In this document: positions 33,695 through 38,139 of the stretch, one piece after another | How positions within the stretch are numbered: the first letter of the stretch is position 1 | Layout: each line of letters opens with the position of its first letter | Virus record (IMG/VR): IMGVR_UViG_3300033513_000030 | Location: 1 to 38,139 of that record | Length of the DNA stretch: 38,139 nucleotides | Source of the DNA: a virus | Taxonomy: Duplodnaviria; Caudoviricetes | Reading direction: 5' to 3' (one strand) | Program-made: the position numbers and the translations under genes | The notes under the pieces: generated by a model | What the model was told of the DNA's origin: nothing | Database searches by the model: none | What the model saw: only the letters and a program-made list of their open reading frames with translations

Positions 33695-35962
33695 TCAGAG
33701 TTGCTGCTCTGAGGGGCTTTCTTCTTGGCGCATCGCTCGAATCGAGCGGTACGCCGAAGTCATGGGGAACCTGTGGTGGAAGCGCTGCTGCCAGGGTTCC
33801 GTTAAATTTCCTCCCGCCTGCACGGTGCCCTCCAGCTCCTGCCAGAGGTCGTATTTCTGTTCGTCGGTCATTTGCTCCAGCGGCGAGGCGGAGTACTGCG
33901 CCGGGTGCTGAATGACGATGGGGTTGGGGTTGAGTGCCGCGGCGTGCATCTGGCGGGCTTCTTCCATGAGCTTGGCGTGCTCCGCCGAGAGCGCCGGGGC
34001 CTGGCCGGCCTGGATGACGCGCTCGGCTTCGCGCAGGGCCTTGGTGTCGTGCCCGGCGGCACGCTTGGCCAATACGGCCACTTTGCCTGCCTTTTCGGCG
34101 CGCGAGAGCAGCAGCCCCTTGACCAGGTCTTCCGTGGACATGGGTAGTGCGCGCTTGGCTGCCTTGTATTCGCGGCGTTTCTCGGCGATGAACTCCTTTT
34201 GCAGGGCGCGGCCGTGGGCTGCGACCTCCGCGCGGTCCATGCCTGTGCGTTCCGGGCACTCCGCAATGCAGAGGAACTTGCCGTCGACGTACACGATGAG
34301 GCGGCCCAGATCTTCCGAGTGGCGGATGTCGGCCAGCTTGCCCTGGTGGATAGGCAATTCAGCGTGTATGTACGTGGCACCGTCATACCTAATTCCCTTT
34401 TTGGTAATGGTGGGCATGCGGCCGGCCGGCTTGGCCAGGAGGATGTCCAGCGCACGTTCGTTGGCGATGCGGCTGACCGTTCCGGTGTGGCTGGCGACCT
34501 TCTGCAGGGGAGAGCTTCCCAGGCTGCGGTGCTCGCGCTGCATGTAGATGCCGTCTACCCACTGGTTGGTGAGCTGCTGCAGCTCCTCGACGGCCATGTC
34601 GACCTTGACCACGGCGTTCTTCTTGAACAGGCTCTCGGCGAAGGTTTGCTTGGCCTCGATCTGCTTTCGCTCGGCGACGTTGTGGCCGATAAAGTTGTCC
34701 AGCATCTCCAGGATGCTGTGCAGGAAGGTCTGGATGAAGCGCTCGACGTGGCCCTTTTCCCAGGGGGAGAACGGGGCGGAGAGCCTGTGCTCTATTCCCA
34801 TTTCGTCCAGGAACATGCGCATTTCGCGGCTGACGTAGTCCGATCCGTTGTCGGTTTTAACGGTCTGCGGGACGCCCCAGTCCAGGATGGCGCTGCGCAG
34901 CAGGAGCTTGTTGGTTTCTGTGCGCGGGGTCTTGGAGAACAGGATTTTCGGGCGGCGCGACCAGATGTCCAGCACGACGGAGGCGGTGTAACGGCCGCCG
35001 ACCAGCTCCCAGTCGGCCGGGGTGCCGTCCATTTCCCAGCGCTGGTTGAGCGCGACCACGTCTTCGTCCAGCTTGCCCAGGGCGCTGAGGAAGTTGTTTT
35101 TCCAGGCGTCCGGGTTGGTGACGGCTAGCAGGGCCTGCTTGTTGCGGTCCTCAAAGGCAGCACGCCAGCGGCCGATTGCCCAATAGCTGACCTTGGGCCA
35201 GGCGATCACGCCGGTTTGCTTGTCGACGGCGTGCTCGTTGATGATGTCGCACAGGTGCTTGTTCTGGATATGTGGCTTTTCGGTGATGATGGCGATTAGG
35301 GCCTTTTCCAGCTCGTGGTTCTGCTCGATGATGCTTTGCCTGCCTCCGCTTCCGCCGTTGACGGCGCGCTTGTCGGCGCAGGCGACCAGGCCCTGCTGCT
35401 CGTTCTGCAGCACCCAGCGCTGGATCGACCGGGCGCTGATGGTGGTGTATTTCTCGCGGACGGCGTCCGATACGCGGATGCGCTTGGCGTTGTAGTCCTC
35501 GGCGAAGGCATGGAAGGCCTCGTTGCGGCCGATGTGGTTGCCGTCGGCGTTGTGGATGCGGAAGTAGTCGCGAAATGCCAGGACGATGTCATAGGAGGCT
35601 TCGAACTTCTCGCGGCCCTTGATCGACAGGCTGGCCATGAGGTCTTCGACCTTGACCTGCGTTCTGGCATGCTGCTCGGAACGGGCCTGGGCCTTGACGG
35701 CTGCCATGACGGTGCGCGCGGCCTGGGCGGCCTGGCCTTCGGCCTTGATTTGCTGGCGGGCAGCGATGAGTTTTTGCACCTTGGCGGGCGGGGTGTATTC
35801 GCGTTTAACGCCACCACGGCCACGGCTCTTGATCTCGGTGAATTCCCAGGATTCGCGGTCTACCAGGTCGCGCAGAGCGCGTTCTGTAGTGGGTAATCCA
35901 GGAAGCTGCAGCGCGGCGAGTTCTGAGCAGGAATAGCGTGTTTTAACGGCTTGCACTACCAC
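33695..35962 (-). CDS. DDE transposase (MuA-like)
   Basis: N-terminal Mu DNA-binding domain; WEMDGT, TDNGSDY, KG.VERF catalytic motifs. Confidence 0.95.
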   Translation of the reverse strand: MVVQAVKTRYSCSELAALQLPGLPTTERALRDLVDRESWEFTEIKSRGRGGVKREYTPPAKVQKLIAARQQIKAEGQAAQAARTVMAAVKAQARSEQHARTQVKVEDLMASLSIKGREKFEASYDIVLAFRDYFRIHNADGNHIGRNEAFHAFAEDYNAKRIRVSDAVREKYTTISARSIQRWVLQNEQQGLVACADKRAVNGGSGGRQSIIEQNHELEKALIAIITEKPHIQNKHLCDIINEHAVDKQTGVIAWPKVSYWAIGRWRAAFEDRNKQALLAVTNPDAWKNNFLSALGKLDEDVVALNQRWEMDGTPADWELVGGRYTASVVLDIWSRRPKILFSKTPRTETNKLLLRSAILDWGVPQTVKTDNGSDYVSREMRMFLDEMGIEHRLSAPFSPWEKGHVERFIQTFLHSILEMLDNFIGHNVAERKQIEAKQTFAESLFKKNAVVKVDMAVEELQQLTNQWVDGIYMQREHRSLGSSPLQKVASHTGTVSRIANERALDILLAKPAGRMPTITKKGIRYDGATYIHAELPIHQGKLADIRHSEDLGRLIVYVDGKFLCIAECPERTGMDRAEVAAHGRALQKEFIAEKRREYKAAKRALPMSTEDLVKGLLLSRAEKAGKVAVLAKRAAGHDTKALREAERVIQAGQAPALSAEHAKLMEEARQMHAAALNPNPIVIQHPAQYSASPLEQMTDEQKYDLWQELEGTVQAGGNLTEPWQQRFHHRFPMTSAYRSIRAMRQEESPSEQQL

Positions 35963-36407
35963 TCCCCCTCAGTACGGCCTCCAGCGCCTTGCGGCGCTCG
36001 GCGAGTTCTTTTTCTTGGCGATGCAGACGCGCCCATTCGAGCAGGGCTGTGTCGGTGCTGGTTACAATCTTGCGGTTTCCGCGTTTTTCGGCGAACAGGC
36101 CTAGCAGCGCGTCCTCTTCGACGGCTGCATCAAAGGCCATTGCACGCATGAAGCTGATGTCGCGCACCGGCTGGTCTCTTTCCGCAGCCTGCGTGGTATG
36201 GGAAGGGGCAACGTAGCCGTTCAGGGTGCCGACGCCGATCTTTTCGCCCAGAAAAGTGGACATGCGGGCGGCAACTTCTTCCCGGCTGATGCCACGGGTG
36301 CCAGCGCGCTTGAGGGCGTCCGCCATCGTGGCGGCGATCTCGGCGCGGCAGCCCAGGGAGCCTGGGCGGGTGGTGTTTTCCGAGAAAAGGTCGAGCGATC
36401 TGTTCAT
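35943..36407 (-). CDS. Putative DNA-binding regulatory protein
   Basis: SREEVAARMS..LG..I....LN.Y HTH-like segment; between ner and A. Confidence 0.7.
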   Translation of the reverse strand: MNRSLDLFSENTTRPGSLGCRAEIAATMADALKRAGTRGISREEVAARMSTFLGEKIGVGTLNGYVAPSHTTQAAERDQPVRDISFMRAMAFDAAVEEDALLGLFAEKRGNRKIVTSTDTALLEWARLHRQEKELAERRKALEAVLRGSGSASR

Positions 36408-36541
36408 TTCGCCCTTCCCGTGCGGCCCCGGTGGGTTTCCCAGGTGCTGTATTTCCAGCGCTCCTGCAGGACAAGCGCGACACGGGGTGACTGGACCAGT
36501 TCGCGCATCATGCTGAGGCTGATAATGACCTTGGTCTGCAT
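36404..36541 (-). CDS. Small ORF (45 aa), not in the ORF track
   Basis: MQTKVIISL...GRAK starts 1 nt after the ner stop; its stop overlaps the next ATG. Confidence 0.45.
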   Translation of the reverse strand: MQTKVIISLSMMRELVQSPRVALVLQERWKYSTWETHRGRTGRAK

Positions 36542-36542
36542 G

Positions 36543-36899
36543 TCAATGTGCCGCCGCTAAATTTGCGTTGCGCCGCCTGGCGGAACCGTTAAACTTCGCC
36601 TTGTAACGGCCGCGTCCGCGCTCGCCGCGCCCGCTTTTTGGGGTGCCATCCTCGTGGTATCGGCTGGGCCAGATGGTTTGCGGGGTGGTGCCGAGGTGTT
36701 CGGCGATGATGCGCTCGTACTTTGGGGCGGGATAATTCAGCGCGTTACGCAGCGTTCCGCCTGATGTATAGCCATGCTCGAACGATAGTTGCTGCAGCGT
36801 CGTTCCAGTCTTGCGGACCGCAGCAATGATGTCCGCACGATGCCAGTCCTTTGGGGCTGGTTTTTTTGGCTTGTTTAACGTGTTCAATGTTTTTGACAT
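36543..36899 (-). CDS. ner: Ner-like transcriptional regulator
   Basis: DWHRADIIAA.RK.G.TL..LS, P..E.IIA..LG..P..IWPSRY. Confidence 0.93.
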   Translation of the reverse strand: MSKTLNTLNKPKKPAPKDWHRADIIAAVRKTGTTLQQLSFEHGYTSGGTLRNALNYPAPKYERIIAEHLGTTPQTIWPSRYHEDGTPKSGRGERGRGRYKAKFNGSARRRNANLAAAH

Positions 36900-36905
36900 A
36901 GGCGC

Positions 36906-36934
36906 ACTATAGAAGCACTTCGGAAGTCTGTCAA
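36906..36934 (-). promoter_or_regulatory. Early promoter Pe
   Basis: TTGACA, 17 nt, TATAGT; ner ATG follows after 6 nt. Confidence 0.88.
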
Positions 36935-37033
36935 CACTTCCGAAATGAGGAAGTCGCGTAGCTCTACATAAGTAATTTAAATCAATGGATTGTAAATATG
37001 GAAACGGGCGGGCTTAATTCGGAAGTTACTTCC
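36917..37033. promoter_or_regulatory. Operator/enhancer region with IHF site
   Basis: ACTTCGGAAGT (36917-27), ACTTCCGAAAT (36936-46), AATTCGGAAGT (37016-26); AATCAAtggaTTG (36980-92) fits WATCAANNNNTTR. Confidence 0.72.
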
Positions 37034-37699
37034 ATATTCCTCACGGTTAAGGAACTGGCTGATCTTCATTTGCCGGGTTACCCAAGTACGGAACGCGCTT
37101 GGCTAGACTTGGTAAAACGCGAGAACTGGTCGTTTCAAGAAGTGAGGGGGAAAGGCCGGGGCGGTATGCAAAGGCGCTTCGCACCACCTCAGGCGGTTAT
37201 CGCGCTCATCCAGGATCGCCATGCTGGCAGGCCCTTGGGGCGTTACGAGGCTAGGGAGGCCGCTCCTCCTGCGGCGCCCGATGGGTTCGTGCTGGTACCG
37301 CGCTATAACGTTGCTGGAAGCATGGGCGGAGGCCAGGTGATACACAGCGAGCAGATCGTGGACCACCTGGCTTTTCGGGCAGAATGGGTGCGGACGGAGC
37401 TGGGCACCAGCCCGGCTAACCTGGTGCTCATCTCTGCGGTTGGGGATTCAATGGAGCCGACGCTGCGGGCGCACGATCTCCTGCTGATCGACCGCAGCGT
37501 GATGGCCGTTAAACAGGATGCGATCTATGCCTTCGCGGCGGAGGGAGAGCTGCGGATCAAACGGATTCAGCGGCTTTTCGACGGAAGCCTGGTCATCAAG
37601 AGCGATAACTCGGCCTACGGCTCGGAGATGCTAAGCGCCGAGCAGGCCGGTTCTATCAATATCATCGGCCGCGTAGTGTGGTCCGGGCGTCGCATGTGA
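36998..37699 (+). CDS. Repressor: Mu DNA-binding domain plus S24 (LexA/CI-type) peptidase
   Basis: N-terminus resembles the transposase N-terminus; GDSMEP serine and IKR lysine motifs; divergent from ner. Confidence 0.9.
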   Translation: METGGLNSEVTSIFLTVKELADLHLPGYPSTERAWLDLVKRENWSFQEVRGKGRGGMQRRFAPPQAVIALIQDRHAGRPLGRYEAREAAPPAAPDGFVLVPRYNVAGSMGGGQVIHSEQIVDHLAFRAEWVRTELGTSPANLVLISAVGDSMEPTLRAHDLLLIDRSVMAVKQDAIYAFAAEGELRIKRIQRLFDGSLVIKSDNSAYGSEMLSAEQAGSINIIGRVVWSGRRM

Positions 37700-37701
37700 T
37701 T

Positions 37702-37890
37702 TGTGCATAATTAAATCATGCACTGATTGTGCCAATTCCTGTGCAAAAGCCGCCCGGTTTTTGCGCGTTTCACCTGGTTTTTGTGCCAAACTGGGTTTTG
37801 CAGCAAAATCCCGCCAAGTCCCGTAACCGCGCGGCTCTTCCCGCTTTTTTTGGCCTATTTCCCCTGTGCCATATCAATCACTCCCCCACA
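37702..37890 (-). repeat. Phage left end (attL) with putative transposase-binding repeats
   Basis: TGTGC(C/A)A at 37702, 37728, 37740, 37782, 37865; terminal CA at 37889-90. Confidence 0.75.
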
Positions 37891-37962
37891 CCGGGGCGGG
37901 CTTTCTTTGGTTACTTTCTTTGCCCGAGCAAAGAAAGTGACCGGCGTGCCGGGCCGCCCCGG
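37891..37962. repeat. Host palindromic (REP/MITE-like) element flanking the prophage
   Basis: 15-bp stem GGTTACTTTCTTTGC-CCGA-GCAAAGAAAGTGACC inside the outer IR CCGGGGCGG/CCGCCCCGG. Confidence 0.6.
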
Positions 37963-38139
37963 CGCCAATCTGCGCACCCCGCCGGCCCATTCAGGAAAGT
38001 CACCGCGCGTCCTCTTCCCTATCCCCGTTGGGACAGAGAACCATGCGCCCCTACAGTCCGCGCCATGAGCACCGGCCAAAAAGCCCGGCGCGTGATACGC
38101 GCCCTACCTGCCAGCCCACCCCAAACCCCGCACCCTCCC

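Larger units (their letters stand above)
12..37890 (-). mobile_element. Complete Mu-like transposable prophage (contractile tail)
   Basis: Mu gene order c-ner-A-B...lysis-terminase-portal-F-G-I-T-tail-MTase. Ends read TGT inward at 12 and 37890, each with TGGCAC starting exactly 19 nt from the terminal T. Confidence 0.93.

Noticed and set aside
37727-38079. ORFs 37727-38068 (+) and 37855-38079 (-)
   Set aside because: They cross the phage end and a palindromic host repeat, and have no protein-like features.

Overview
The window holds an apparently complete Mu-like transposable prophage at 12-37890 (about 37.9 kb, TG...CA ends, GC-rich, probably betaproteobacterial), written in reverse orientation. 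From right to left it carries repressor, ner, transposase A/B, an accessory early/middle region (Gam-like, HU-like, anti-CBASS Acb2, GemA, Mor/C activator), lysis, head and contractile-tail genes, and a frameshifted DNA adenine methyltransferase in the mom slot. The strongest unexplained signals are: (1) a tRNA-shaped RNA lacking a normal anticodon loop, with its own sigma70-like promoter, lying antisense and flush against a MuF gene with a putative C-terminal RNase domain and no protein immunity gene; (2) the heptamer CGTTAAA dispersed at least 38 times (19 per strand), often via rare codons; (3) flanks that show an 11-15 bp direct repeat of a host palindromic element instead of a 5-bp target duplication; (4) a spanin-slot protein with an N-terminal anchor and four C-terminal beta-strands; (5) a structured antisense RNA upstream of the methyltransferase. 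Family assignments come from motif recall and Mu gene order; no searches were run, and counts were made by hand.
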